64,000 nucleotides of DNA from Octopus sinensis (taxonomy: Eukaryota). The stretch spans positions 36,766,001-36,830,000 of the forward strand of contig NC_043007.1 in assembly GCF_006345805.1 (NCBI RefSeq), given 5' to 3'. Made by a program: the position numbers and the translations under genes. The notes under the pieces are model-generated. The model ran no database searches, was not told the DNA's origin, and saw only the letters and a program-made list of their open reading frames with translations. Of this stretch, positions 12,337-25,355 are shown piece by piece (within the stretch, counting starts at the first letter, position 1; the number at the start of each line of letters is the position of its first letter).

Positions 12337-12542
12337 TACTTAAGAAGAGTGGTCCCGGTGCGCGCACTCGCGTTGGCTAGTCGTGAATAGTCAATCCTAC
12401 AACGACTACCTAGTAAAGTAAATAAAACACAAAATAAATAATTTTTTAAAATAAAGTAAATAAAACAAAAATACAAAGTAAGGATCGACTATTCACGACT
12501 AGCTAGCTCGAGTACGCGCACCGGGACCACTCTTCTTAAGTA
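12337..12542. mobile_element. MITE with ~64-bp terminal inverted repeats
   Basis: tacttaagaagagtggtcccggtgcgcg..gctagtcgtgaatagtc at left and its reverse complement at right; A-rich spacer. Confidence 0.9.
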
Positions 12543-12719
12543 CTCTCTCTCTCTCTCTCTTACTCTTTTACTTGTTTCAGTCATTTGACTGCGGCCATGC
12601 TGGAGCACCGCCTTTAATCGAGCAACTCGACCCCGTTTGGAAAAAAATAACTTTCAGATTCGTAAAACCCCAACAATCCCTAGAAAGTTTCTTTCCCCAA
12701 GATGTGTAAGGAAAAGTTC

Positions 12720-12756
<37 letters not shown>

Positions 12757-13302
12757 AAATAGAATAAGTGTGGAGGTTTCGGCGTCAATGTAAGGTGCGT
12801 GTTCAAGTCTGACAGGCAGTTAAATAAAAATAATGGTTTGTTTATTGTCCTACTCGCCAGAGTTTCCTCTTAATATAAAATAAGAAGCAATAACAACCAC
12901 TATTTAGTGTGTGTATGCTCACCTTCAAACAGCAGATAGATTATAAACTCATAAAGTCGTCTCAATTCTATTTTGGTAAACAAATAAGTTATGATGCAAT
13001 TTAAATGGTTTTTCTTTTACTTTTGCGCGCCAAGCTGTAAGGGAGATAACTCTATAGGAAAACATTTCTCTAGACTGATGTAATAATTAATTTGTTTTTT
13101 TTTCAGTATGTTCTTGGAAGTAATTTAACTTGCAAAGACAGTTCGTTTAAACTGTGAAGATTTACTATGAAATGGATGGATCTACTCAAAGATTGTGATT
13201 GTTGTGCAAGATAAAAAGAATCTCCTTTGACTAAATCCATTGATAACATTCCCTCGAAATATTAAGCTCTATGCACGCACACACATACACATGTACATAA
13301 TG

Positions 13303-14168
13303 TATGAGTGGGGTATCAAAAAAAAAAACAGGAATTTTGCAATATTATTTTATTCACTTAGTTTTATATGTTTACACTTTTATCGCCTTCAAAGTATTCT
13401 CCATTTGAAACAATGCATCTGTCCAGACGCGTTTTCCACTGTTCGAAGCAGTGCTGGAACTCTTACGAAGTGATGCCTTTTCTGAGTCATTTTTTTCTTC
13501 ACCGCTTCCACATTTGCAAATTCCATAGCGCCAGCTTTCGTCACTAGTGATGACCTTCGAAAGAAGGTTCGGATTAATTTCCAACTGTCCTTTCCGTTCA
13601 CGACACGCATTCAGTCGTGACTGTGAGGCACAAGTGTATGCTGTAACCCTATTCATTCGCAATTCCTCATTCAGAATTCGTTGGCAGGAGCTTCAAGACA
13701 CACCAGTCATATCAACAAGTCCGTCAATTGTTCGGTGACGGTCCTCCTAGAACAGTTCATGAATTTTCACGATGTTTTCGTTTGTTCAGGAGGTTGACGG
13801 TCGTCCTGAACGAAGTTGGTGTTCAACAAGTGACCATTCCTAAAACGTGAAAACCACTCGTAAACTTGTGTTTTGCTCATGGCAGCATCCCTGTAAGCTG
13901 TTTGAAGCATGAGAACTGTTTCGGCCGCTGTTGTCCCCAGCAGAAAACAGAATTTCATGGAAGCACGCTGCTCCTTCGTTTCAGTCATCGCAAAAATCGA
14001 CGAACAGGAGAGAAGCACTATAAAACAAAGACACACGATGCGGCAGTATGAGAGTACCAGACTGATGCCTGAGGGTCGCATCAAGTGGCTTCTAGCGGTG
14101 GGAGCCTGAACCACAACGGGTTTGTCCCACGGACAACGTTTCCGGTTAATTTTCGGTACCCTCTCATA
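13303..14168 (-). mobile_element. Internally deleted mariner element
   Basis: TA-flanked imperfect TIRs (tatgagtggggtatc / ggtaccctctcata); MTETKEQRASMKFCFLLG.TAAET..ML.TAY...MSKTQVYEWFSRFRNG and LLSKVITSDESW (first catalytic D motif). Confidence 0.9.
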
Positions 14169-14399
14169 TTAGATACTTAGATAAGTTTCGCCAGATTTGG
14201 CCCAAGTCATGACTAACTTAATAGCACCACTTGGAAAAGACATTTAATGATGTTTCATGTTACAATCATTCTTTGGGCACCATAGCCCATTAGAGTAAAG
14301 AGTTATTGTTTGCAGAAATATATCCGAGTGTAAGTGGTTTATCTAGAATTTGTTGGAGATATTCATCCAAGAACCGTTTGAATGTTAGATCTTTATCTT

Positions 14400-15260
14400 C
14401 TCTTATGTATTTTGGCATGATGTTAAAGATAGCAGGGCCAGTTCAGGTGAAACAGGTCTGTCTTAGTGTTGTGATGTAATGCGAATTTGATTTTTGTTGA
14501 GGACGGATGGAAGGAGACTTAAGCTTGGAGTGAATTTTAAAGTTGATGTCAACATCATTTGGGCAATGTCGTTGAAATATTTTCCACATCATTCAAATAT
14601 TGCGTTCTCGGCAGAGTTGGAGGGAATAAAGTTTGAGCTTCTTGAGCCGCTCCCAATAATCAAGACCTATCATATCTATTTTTTGTGATTGATCTTCCGG
14701 TTGCTTCAATTTTTTATATTTTGTTTCATGTAGAGAGACCACAGCGGACAACAGTATCCAGAGTGAGGACAGACGAAAGTAGAAAAAAAAAAAGGTAATA
14801 ATAGGTGCGTCTCTTGACTGGAAATTCATGAGGTTCCATAAGCACACCCTACGGGCCATCTCGACATTTTCCTTTATGTGGGCACTCTAGCTTAAGTTAT
14901 TGTCGACAATTACTTCGAGGTGTCAAGCGATGTTTGGTGTCACGAGAACTTCACGGTAGTGCAACCTTTTTACCTCAGTGGGTTAAATTAAAATTTACCC
15001 TCGTTGAGCTGTATATTGTGTTTTGCCGCCCATTGAATTACAGCAAGCTGATGCGATTGGATAGTTTCCTGGCTCCTACCCTGTCGACGATTTTCAGAAG
15101 CTTATAATCATTAATGTAAATAAACAACACAGTACCTTTGTGGGATTTCACTGATAACAGTTGCTGAGCTTGATCGAACACCATCGATCACCACAAGCTG
15201 GGTTCTGTTCACCAGAAAACATTCGGTCCACTTTCATTGTTTCCCTCGGACTCCTAAGTT
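14400..15260 (-). mobile_element. Degenerate CR1/L2-like LINE RT/3' fragments
   Basis: KWTECFLVNRTQLVVIDGVRSSSATVISEIPQ (RT GVPQG region, decayed) and LDYWERLKKLKLYSLQ..RERNIIIY. Confidence 0.6.
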
Positions 15261-15489
15261 TGTCTACCTGGGTAGTACACTCAGCCGTTCTTGTTCCTTA
15301 GATGATGAAATATCTTTAAGGCTTCAGAAAAACTCTTGAATCTTGTGTCTGGTCCCAGCTTGGCATCACAAGGCGAACAAAAATTGCTGTGTACTGTGCA
15401 TGTATACAGACGTCGCTTCTTTACTCCTGTGAGACACGTACCCTTTATAGGTACCATGTAAGTGTCCTTGAACGCTTCCATCAAGGATG

Positions 15490-15940
15490 TCTGAATTTTG
15501 GCTGGTTGGTCCTTGCGGACTCCAGACACAAATCTTGAAGGGGGCCAATACTCTTAGCATTGAAGCCATGGTGCACAAGTACTGTTTACGTTGGACCGGA
15601 CACCTTATTCGGATAAATGATCGGAGGTTCCCTAAGCGGATGCTATATCGAGAATTTGTTTGTGGAAACCAAGACTACGATTTAAGGATTGTGTTAACTC
15701 ATTGGGCAGTTAATTGTGAAAGCAATGCTTGTCATCGCTGCCAGTGGAGGAAACATGTAAAGGAAAGAGGATCTATTTTCGAAAAAAACGCATTTTACAT
15801 GAAAAATTTAAGTGAGCTACTCCAAAACAACACACCATCTGTTCAGGGAATGGGGGACGCTTGGCAATATTTGCAGACGTGTGTGTTCATCTTATAGGCT
15901 TATTAGTAACCGGCGGAGCCACAAGTGTAAAGTATTTGCT
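15490..15940 (+). mobile_element. RTE-clade LINE C-terminal remnant
   Basis: SIEAMVHKYCLRWTGHLIRINDRRFPKRMLYREF...; same family as 925-1290. Confidence 0.85.
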
Positions 15941-15974
15941 TGAGTGCATAATGTTCTTAATGGTCTACGATTTA

Positions 15975-16170
15975 TTGAAGCAGAGATGGAGCGGATGGTG
16001 AAGTTGGCTTTTGTGACCGGTTTCCCCAACCATATCTCTGCACGTCAGCAGCAGATACCAGACATCGGAACGATGTCGGTAGGAGAGATGATCGCGTTAT
16101 CGCAGAGCGACACTCGCGATGTAGCGGTAACAGCAACAGCAGATACGAGAGGACGACGAGGCAGCCAAAC
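15975..16170 (+). mobile_element. Possible Gypsy gag fragment
   Basis: KLAFVTGFPNHISARQQQIPDIGTMSVGEMI resembles LAFVxGLP..VS..L..L.....MS..E.I segments of invertebrate Gypsy gags (recalled similarity only); CpG-rich. Confidence 0.35.
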
Positions 16171-16210
16171 CAACATCAAAGAGGGAAACTTTTCTCCTCA
16201 CTCGCCGACA

Positions 16211-16690
16211 TGACGTCACACCTCCACCTTCCGGTTTTCCTTCCTCCACAAAAATATACACACGTGCTGTGAACAAAGATGGAGTAATCAAAGAATATTA
16301 TACTATTCTGTAAAGGATAAGTGGAGGCGCGTGACTTAGTGGTTAGGGTTATGCACTCATGATCGTAAGATTGTGGTCTCAATTCGTGGACTGGGATATG
16401 CTTGTGTTCCTGAATGAAACACTTCATTTTAGTCCACTCAGCAGGCAAAAATAAGTGAATCCTGCAACGGACCAGCGTCCTGTTCAGTGGGCGGGAAATA
16501 TATACAGCAAAGAATCCGGTAAACCGGCCTTATCAGCCTATCGCTCGGAAAGGACGTTTGATTCCACTTTTGACAAAGGATATGACAGCCGGAGTTTCCC
16601 TCTTGCAAGACAATATCTCACAGTATATTTGCAGTATCACTACTGATTCCAACATTTAGAATACTTGACTGGGGAAAGCTCCTGACGTCA
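16211..16690. promoter_or_regulatory. Candidate promoter/enhancer: two perfect CRE sites, ETS and E-box
   Basis: TGACGTCA at 16211-16218 and 16683-16690, CTTCCGG at 16228-16234, CACGTG at 16261-16266, in a locally CpG-rich stretch. Confidence 0.4.
16322..16566 (+). mobile_element. tRNA-derived SINE family D
   Basis: ggaggcgcgtg(a/g)cttagtggttagggt..catgatcgtaagattgtgg head; copies at 43695-43945, 19620-19830(-), 40375-40690. Confidence 0.8.
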
Positions 16691-16824
16691 ACTGCAAACA
16701 TCCACAGAAATGGTGGTATTGATAGTCTACCTCAAAAGAAAAGCGGGATAAAGGGGCTTTGAGAGCTGTATGATATCACTGTGACAGCAGCGGTCAAACA
16801 AGGGCAGCGAAATAAATAAATAAA

Positions 16825-17289
<465 letters not shown>

Positions 17290-17489
17290 CAATTAAATGC
17301 TCACAATTAATGTGAATTACATCCTTCAAATCAGCCGTGAACTCTTCAAGAAACACTCATCTACTGGCAATGTCTCACGTGAACTCAAAAGTGCAGGACA
17401 AGCACATTTCAACAAAGTTTCGGGAGGTTATGAATGGGCACGTTTCCTGTACACATGAGGATGAAAATATTGGTTTCAAATTTTGGCAC

Positions 17490-17685
17490 AAGGCCACCAA
17501 GTTCGGAGAGTGGGGCAAATCGATTACATCGATCCAGTGCTCAACTGGTACTTATTTTATCGACCCAGAAAGGATGAAGGACAAAGTGGACCTCGGCAGA
17601 ATTTGAACTCAGAACGTAAAGACGGATGAAATGCCGCTAAGCATTTTGGCCGGCGCGTTAACGATTCTGTCAGCTCACCTGCCTT
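17490..17685 (-). mobile_element. SINE family B
   Basis: tcgattacatcga..ctggtacttattttatcgacc..tttgaactcagaacg..gccagctc. Confidence 0.85.
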
Positions 17686-18539
17686 ACGAGAAAGATGAAA
17701 ATATTAACATGATGTGTAGCCTTTCTTGGGTTCGTGACCGTTGCGTCATAACACATCCCGAAGGATACGCTTTTGCAGCCCAAAAGTAAGAGATAGCTAC
17801 GAAATATCTAATGAACAAACGAGACAGTAAACCCTTTAAACTGCCAAGATGGGGCTGCAAATGTCAATCGCGTAGCTCTTCTGTGGAGGACATAACACAT
17901 GTAATCAGCAGCGTTTCAAAATGTCGTCAAGGTACTACCTTCTACTGTGACATGATGTTAAAATAATATACAGTGTCATTCGCAGAAAAGGTTTGGGATA
18001 AGTATAAACATCAACTCTTTTACTGAAAACAGATATACAAATCAACAAAAGGAATACTGGTGGAACATTACTATCTAAATTTCTACCAAGTGCAAACATA
18101 ATAATTCTGACATAGTTACTTGAGCCAAAAAAGAAAATTTAATATAGTCGGAGAGAACAGTTGACATACAACTATGAACAGCTTAGAGAATATTTATGGC
18201 TAACTACTTCGAAACCCGTAGGTCGTTTACTCTAGTTATAAATTCACGTATATACCAAAATAATTTTAGTACGTTTGGTTATGTTAGTAGTAAATGTCTA
18301 AGTGACATTTAGGAAAAGCTAGGATTTTCAGGCAAAGAAAGAAACCAACTAACGCGCACTTTATAGCTACAATCTGTTAATGGATTAGTAAGAAATATGA
18401 AAAACTTTCCTAAAGTTCAATGTATAACAATTATCGTTGTTATTCAAATCCTAGTGACGGAGCTTTTGTTTGTTTGTCAGAAAGCATCTCCTTCCGTCTG
18501 AAGTGAATTCTAAGAATAATAATAGTTTAAAATTTTGGC

Positions 18540-20062
18540 AAAGAGCCAGTAGTTTGTAAGGATAGGGGAAAGTCGATTACATTGACCCCGAAAAGATGAA
18601 AGGCAAAGGCGACGTAGCGGAATTTGAACTCAGAAGTAAAGACGGGCGAAATGCCGCTACGTATTTTGCCGGCGTACTAACGATCTTGCCAGCTCGCCAC
18701 CTTAATAAGCCTTTCAACTATAGGCACAAGGCCTGAAATATACGGAGTCGGGGTAGTGGACAAGTTGATTACATCGACCTGTGCTCAACAGGTACTTATT
18801 TTATCGACCCTGAACAGACGAAAGACAAAGTCGACCGTAGTGACATTTGAAATCAGAACGTAAAGGCGGACAAAATACCTATTTCTTTACTACCCACAAG
18901 GGGCTAAACACAGAGGAGACAAACAAGGACAGCCAGACAGATTAAGTCGATTACATCGATCCCCAGTGCATAACTGGTACTTAATTTATCGACCCCGAAA
19001 TGATGAAAGGCAAAGTCGACTCCGGCGGTATTTGAACTCAGAATGTAAAGACGGACGAAATGCCACTAAGCATTTCGTCCGGCATGCTTACATTTCTGTA
19101 GAAATAATCCTTTCTACTCAAGGCACACAGTCTGAAATTTGGAAGGAGGGAATTAGTCAACTTCACTAACCCTTAGTTATTCACTGGTACTTAATTTATC
19201 GACCCCGAATGGATGAAAGGCAAAGCCGACCACGGTGGAATTTGAACTCAGAACATAAAGACGGACGAAATGCCGCTAAGCATTTCGCTCGGCGTGCTAA
19301 CGATTCTGTCAGCTCGACATCTTAATAAGACTCCTTTCTACCATAGGCACTAGGCCTGAAATTTAAGGGGAGGGGGAAAGTTAATCACATCGACCTCAAG
19401 ACTTGACTGGTACTTAATTTATCGACTCCGAAAAGATGAAAGGCAAAGCCGACCTTGGTGGAATTTGAACTCAGAACGTAGCAACGGGCTAACTACCGCT
19501 AGACATTTTGCCCGGCGTGCCAACGATTCTGCTATCTTGCCGCCTTGAAAAGAACGCAAAGAGGTTCCGGCGAGTTAATAATAATAATAATAATGATAAT
19601 AATAATGTTCCTTCTCGAGCCATGCCAGGCTCATAAGGGCCGGTTTCCCCACCAGGACGGGACGCCGGTCCGTCGCAGGATTACTCATTTTTGCCAGTTG
19701 AGTGGACTGGAACAACGTAAAATGAAATGTTTGGCTCAAGAACACAACGCATTGCCCGGTCCAGGAATCGAAACCACAACCTTATGATCATGAGTTTAAC
19801 ACTCTAACCACTAAGCCACGCGCCTCCACCATAACTAATAATAATGGTTTCAAATTTTGCCACAAGGGCAGCAATTTTTGGGGAGGAAATGAGTCGATTA
19901 CATCGACTTCCAGTGTTCAATTGGTACTTATTTTATCAACCCCTAAAGGATGAAAGGTAAAAATCGACCTCGGTGAAATTTGAACTCAGAACGTAGCGAC
20001 GAGTAAAAAACTGCTAAACATTTCGTCCGGCGCGCTAACGATTTTGCCAGCTTGCCGCCTTG
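18540..20062 (-). repeat. Head-to-tail pile-up of six SINE B units (plus one SINE D at 19620-19830)
   Basis: tttgaa(c/a)tcagaa core near 18622, 18846, 19031, 19240, 19464, 19980, all same orientation. Confidence 0.85.
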
Positions 20063-22158
20063 AACAGATCGACAAGAGGTTCCAGCGAGTTAATAATAAT
20101 AGTAATAATAATAATAATAATAAAAGTAAAAACGCATACAAGGGTGGTTACTAAACAGTAACTGAACATCATACACAAATATTGTTTTATAGTTTTTAGT
20201 TTACCATTGCCATCAAGCACACCGTGGTTGAGTCGATGAAATAAATACCAGTAATTATCTTCTGTGCATTTAGTTAATAAATAAAATGGTAGTATTGATT
20301 ATATTTCGTTGTCCGTCCATTAAGTTGGCTACAAAAACCAGCACATGGTCAACCAACGAGATGGGTGGGAGCTTTATTATCCCTTTTCCCAAAGAAACTA
20401 GGGGAAGCTAGCAAGTAACCATCCAGCTTGTTTCAGATGCTTTTAAAATGACAGAGGAAAGGAGATAGAAAGAAAAGATTATAGAATCCAAAGAATTGTG
20501 TTAACTAAAGCAAAAACGAGGGTTAAAAACATCAAAAGGAAACGAAGCAGAAGCTGAAATATTATTTATGACTTTATGGAATTACGGTAAGGTGTCTTTC
20601 ATAGATTCAAGTTTTGGTGTTGTTTTACTCCAGGTCAATCTCAATCAGGAGAATTCCATCCACGTTCATCCCATCTACTTAGGAATATCTGGACTTATTT
20701 TAACTAAACTATTCCAGTTTTCAATACGCTTGACTGTGATTTGAGAGAGATTTGGCTGCTATTTCTAGCAAATCGAACATTGCATGGAAAACTCTCCCTC
20801 TCTCTCATTCGTTGATTTGTTTTGTTTCCTGTATTTATTTAGTTAACGCCGTCTGGTACAAAGCGGATATCTAAAATGTTTCTAATTCTACTGTTTCAAT
20901 TAATTCTGTTTCTATTTTATTTTCTTTTGTTAAAACTTCCGTCAACAACCGCTTACGTTGTTCTACTTGTCTAGTCAGTCTCACGTTAGATCGGGTAGAC
21001 TAAGGAATGTAAACATTCTGTTGTGATCCCCACCTCTTTCTTTTCTTTTAATTTATTTTTATCAAACATAGTATTGTATCTACAACTAGATCATTTAAAC
21101 TCATTATTTAAACAATGGTATGAGATTTGAGGGTGATTTTGCTGTTATTTCTAGTATATGGGGAGACCATATAGAGGCTTCCTTGTTTCGACCGCTTACG
21201 TACACCATGTAAATATATTTTTGGCATTTCTCAGAAATTTCTTCGGGTGTTTGGTTTAATTAATCTAAAAATGTTGTTACTATCGTATTTTTCTCTGCCT
21301 TTCTAAATGTTATTTCCCAAATTTTGCGACAGTAAGACTAACAATATCAGAGAAAGGGTGCTTTCATGTGGTAATTCGACCCACTAGAAATAACAGCCAA
21401 ATCTCATTCATTATACTCCACCGCCTTAAAATGTCAGGGACTATACATCAGATAATCTATATTTCATTCACACTACATATGAATAAGTATGGTCGAGTTT
21501 GGTGCGTCACCGATCATAGTTTTGATCGATCAGTGCTGACCCTGGGTTAAATATGATGATAGCTAAATGGACATTTGAAGAACAAATTGTTTCCTTATAG
21601 TACTTCTGAAATTATCTTTTCCTCTGTGTCGGATTAACTAATACAGTTATTCACGTTGGGGCCTCACAGCCTGTAGGGACCTCAGATTAATTAAAAGTTG
21701 TTTTTAGTTTTTGTGAGACTTTCAAGCCTGATTTTTTTTAAAGAACTTGTAGCTTCCAAGTTTTATATAGCTTAGCGGGTGGTGGAATATCCGCCACTAC
21801 CACTTGGAGAAGGAAAAGGGAATGGAGTTAGGGCGCAAAAATATTTTAAAATTTGAAAAATTTTGAGAAAAAAAACATCTTCTGGAATCCTAATCTTCGT
21901 TGTATGAAACACCGGAATACTAAAAAATCAAGGGAAAAAATTTTCCAATTCCTTAGCCTTATGCTTCTCCATGTGCTATTAATAGCTCTTCCGAAAGTCG
22001 GTTACTTAGGGCACTGATTTTCCCTTACGAACTTAAACACCAATTTAATTACATGAGAAGTCGTAATTGCTTCGATTCGCCCGTATAGACAGATTTGTGC
22101 GCGTCTTATGACGAAGATAAAGCGACTAATGTTGATCATGGGTGAGTTTATAAGTTGG

Positions 22159-22559
22159 GGCGATCTTTCGTCTCTAGTAGACCTTTCCGTCGATTTCCGT
22201 AAAAATTTTTTTTTTTTTTTACATATGGGCTTGCAGGAACTTTTGAAGTAATATACATACATATACACATACACCGAGTAAAAAAATTCAGTTATCTCTT
22301 TCTTTCACACACACTAACAGAAGCACTTCACCTACACAACATACTGTCTGTCTCCCACACCCCATCAAACACACACATACATGTACATCAATGCTTCCCC
22401 TGGACGGTAACTTCAAAAGAACTTCCCTCGTCATACAATCGCTTTCTCTTAGTCTCTTTCGCTCTCATTACTTCAAAAGTTCCCGCAAGCCCATATGTAA
22501 AAAAGATAAATTTTTTTACGGAAATCGACGGAAAGGTCTACTAGAGACGAAAGATTGCC
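22159..22559. mobile_element. MITE-like element with ~94-bp inverted arms
   Basis: Arms 22159-22252 and 22467-22559 nearly perfect reverse complements; flanked both sides by TTGG. Confidence 0.8.
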
Positions 22560-22857
22560 TTGGATATGTCTTAGAGACACATGTAGACACAGGACATGGG
22601 GGGAGGGGAATGGAAAGAATGTAACAGTTATGATATTAACATTATTTCATTATGGAAATTATTCACGTCTTCATTACTTATTTCGTAATGAAAATTTTTT
22701 TCTTAATCATTCAAATGTGTTTTTCGAGCTACACTTGTTTTAAGTTAGGCTTCGAGCTTTACGATACTTAAGGATAGCTCGTAAGTGTTACGTACACACA
22801 TAACTTACCTCACCCATGTTCTGCTTCTCTTTCGGATTTAATATTTAATGGCGATAT

Positions 22858-22890
<33 letters not shown>

Positions 22891-22928
22891 TATATATAAT
22901 ATATATATATATATTATATATATATATA

Positions 22929-22999
<71 letters not shown>

Positions 23000-23002
<3 letters not shown>

Positions 23003-23345
23003 CCGGAGTAAGCACATAAATGTGAAACAAGATGAAAAAAAAAGAGTACTCAAATACCAGAGGTAGAGTAATATGCTTTATTAAAGGCAACAGAAATATC
23101 ACAAGACTCTGCCCTTCGATTTAAGGTTTTCTTCGATTTTACAACAATTTTGTTTTTTACATGCTTAAGACAGTTGAAAGGACCAATGAAACAAAACTAT
23201 TTTCAAAAGTGTATCATTTAATCTATGTTCGATTATATCGTAATTTCTGTACCATTCTGACAAAACTGTCCGACGAACGGGAACATGAAACTCTGAATAA
23301 CAGTTTTTGTGATATTTCTGCTGCTTTTAATAAAGTATGTTAGTT
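23000..23345. mobile_element. Penelope-like fragment with inverted arms and hammerhead-like motif
   Basis: Arms 23073-23108 / 23302-23338; ctgt CCGACGA acg ggaa cat GAAA ctctgaa TA acag at 23266-23303. Confidence 0.55.
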
Positions 23346-23394
23346 GGTTAATTTTTTAGCTCAAAACCCCAAAAAGCAAGGCCATGTAGGGGGA

Positions 23395-23654
23395 CATGGA
23401 GTTATGTACAGGGTGGTGTTCATGTAAAGAGTTCAGGCCACTTGTGGTCAAGGGAGACTTTGAACCGAGCGGTCGTCGGCATCTTCACCATCTCGTCCGG
23501 CAGCTTATTCCATGGATCCGCAACCCGGACGGAGAAAGCCCCTCTCCTTCGATTGAGATGAAATCGTCGCAGATAGAGCTTTTCGGAATGACCCCGCAGC
23601 TGACGCTCTGGAGCAGGAGTGAAGAACAGCTCCTTCGAGAGGTTACACTTTCCG

Positions 23655-23657
<3 letters not shown>
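23395..23657 (-). mobile_element. CR1/L2-like LINE 3' end
   Basis: Minus-strand translation ELFFTPAPERQLRGHSEKLYLRRFHLNRRRGAFSVRVADPWNKLPDEMV..PTTARFK.SLD (RGH..KL / F..RV...WNKLP motif). Confidence 0.85.
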
Positions 23658-23721
<64 letters not shown>

Positions 23722-23728
23722 AATATAT

Positions 23729-23767
<39 letters not shown>

Positions 23768-23796
23768 TGGAAGGTTTGGAGATGATGTACAGGTAT

Positions 23797-24104
23797 TATA
23801 TATTAGAAGAAATGAGGTAATCATAAGATCGGATGGTTCATATTTACAGATATTTATTTATATATTACATTTTTTACATATATATATCATATCATTCAGA
23901 TCATATCATTAGCGCTTTCTCCCATTCTAGTGGGGTTTTCAAATCAAAATAATTCCTTATTATTTTGATTTGAAAACCCCACTAGAATGGGAGAAAGCGC
24001 TAATGATATGATCTGAATGATATGATATATGTAAAAAATGTAATATATAAATAAATATCTGTAAATATGAACCATCCGATCTTCTGATTACCTCATTTCT
24101 TCTA

Positions 24105-24110
<6 letters not shown>
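23797..24110. repeat. Near-perfect ~314-bp palindrome (Penelope-like fold-back)
   Basis: Arms of ~157 bp around a 5-nt loop (23954-23958); one substitution and one AT-unit indel seen. Confidence 0.95.
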
Positions 24111-24137
<27 letters not shown>

Positions 24138-25323
24138 TATACTTTATATATATATATATATACTTTTTATATATATATATAGTATGTGCGTGTGTGTAGA
24201 GACGTGACAATAACAGGAAACTCAGAGTAACGATTGATTGAGGCCTCAGTCAGTTATCAAATAAATTTTCTCTCATTTAGTCAGTCATGCACACACACAT
24301 TTGTATGTGTATGTGTACCTCCCCTCACACATGTTTATGTGTGTGCGTGCGAGAGTGTGCGCATGCGGGGTGTGTATATTTGTGTCTGTGTTTGGTGTGT
24401 TTTTAAAACAATCACCTTGTTGAAATTGAAATTTGGGTCAATAATTCTGCAATTTTATTATATTTTAAATGAAGTCCAGTGATTTACTTACTTGTCATTA
24501 TTTAAAAGAGCTCTATTTCTACTTATATATAGTATTCTAAACTAAATTCGTTACCGTCACACTCCTATGACCTAGTTAACTGGTCTCTGCGCATCAATGA
24601 TTTTCAGACACATACCATACTGCCCTACTTAACATCACTAAAAGTTCAACTTTCCGAAGTTATTGCTGTTATTTAGCTCTAGTTCTGTACCATTGATCCT
24701 GCACGGCCAAGTGCATCTAAGACTGCATTATCCAATTTGTTTTACCTTAGCTTCTTTTTATTCATTTAATAAGGTGTGATATGAGGAACATTTATCTGCC
24801 CTCTCTAGCAGATCGTTAGCTTGATATCATTAGAATTTTCCTGATTTTTTTCTGTCTGTTGCCCTTCTGTTTCCAGTCCTTTAGGATTTCCCTCTAAACA
24901 TTACCCATACTTCGTCTTCATCAGGTCCTAAGGCTATACTCTGTTTATTTATTTCCTTTTTGTCCCTCGTCGTCCACCAACGGTCTCGTCTTGAATTACA
25001 TTTATTCATTTCGTATGTCGCTTGTTATCTATATATTGTTGTCTGTGTCATATTCGGTTTCATATTCCCTGCAGGTCTTGCAGATGTCACCAGCTGGGAA
25101 GTAATATTATCGTTAAAGGCACGAAATTGCGTTAGACTCCCTGACCAATAACTGATGAGGAGTTGGGGACCTTCTGTGTCTGTTTTGTGCTCGTCTGTGC
25201 ATATACTATATGTGTTTTAAATTGTCATTCTGTGTCTGTTTTACGTTTGTACATTTACTGTACACTCTTTAACTTATTAATTAACGGAATGCAACACACC
25301 CTCGGTTTTATTTACAGTAAGTT

Positions 25324-25355
<32 letters not shown>

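Noticed and set aside
16097-16291. Minus-strand short ORFs over the CpG-rich patch (e.g. MSASEEKV..., MLVWLPRR...)
   Set aside because: Short, no convincing donor or homology; CpG richness is partly explained by a TE fragment.
18540-20062. Regularly spaced repeats superficially resembling a CRISPR-type array
   Set aside because: Units are ~200-bp diverged SINE copies without unique spacers; eukaryotic context and no cas genes.
24500-25200. Possible LINE C-terminal remnant on the minus strand
   Set aside because: Too many stops and no diagnostic motif I could identify.
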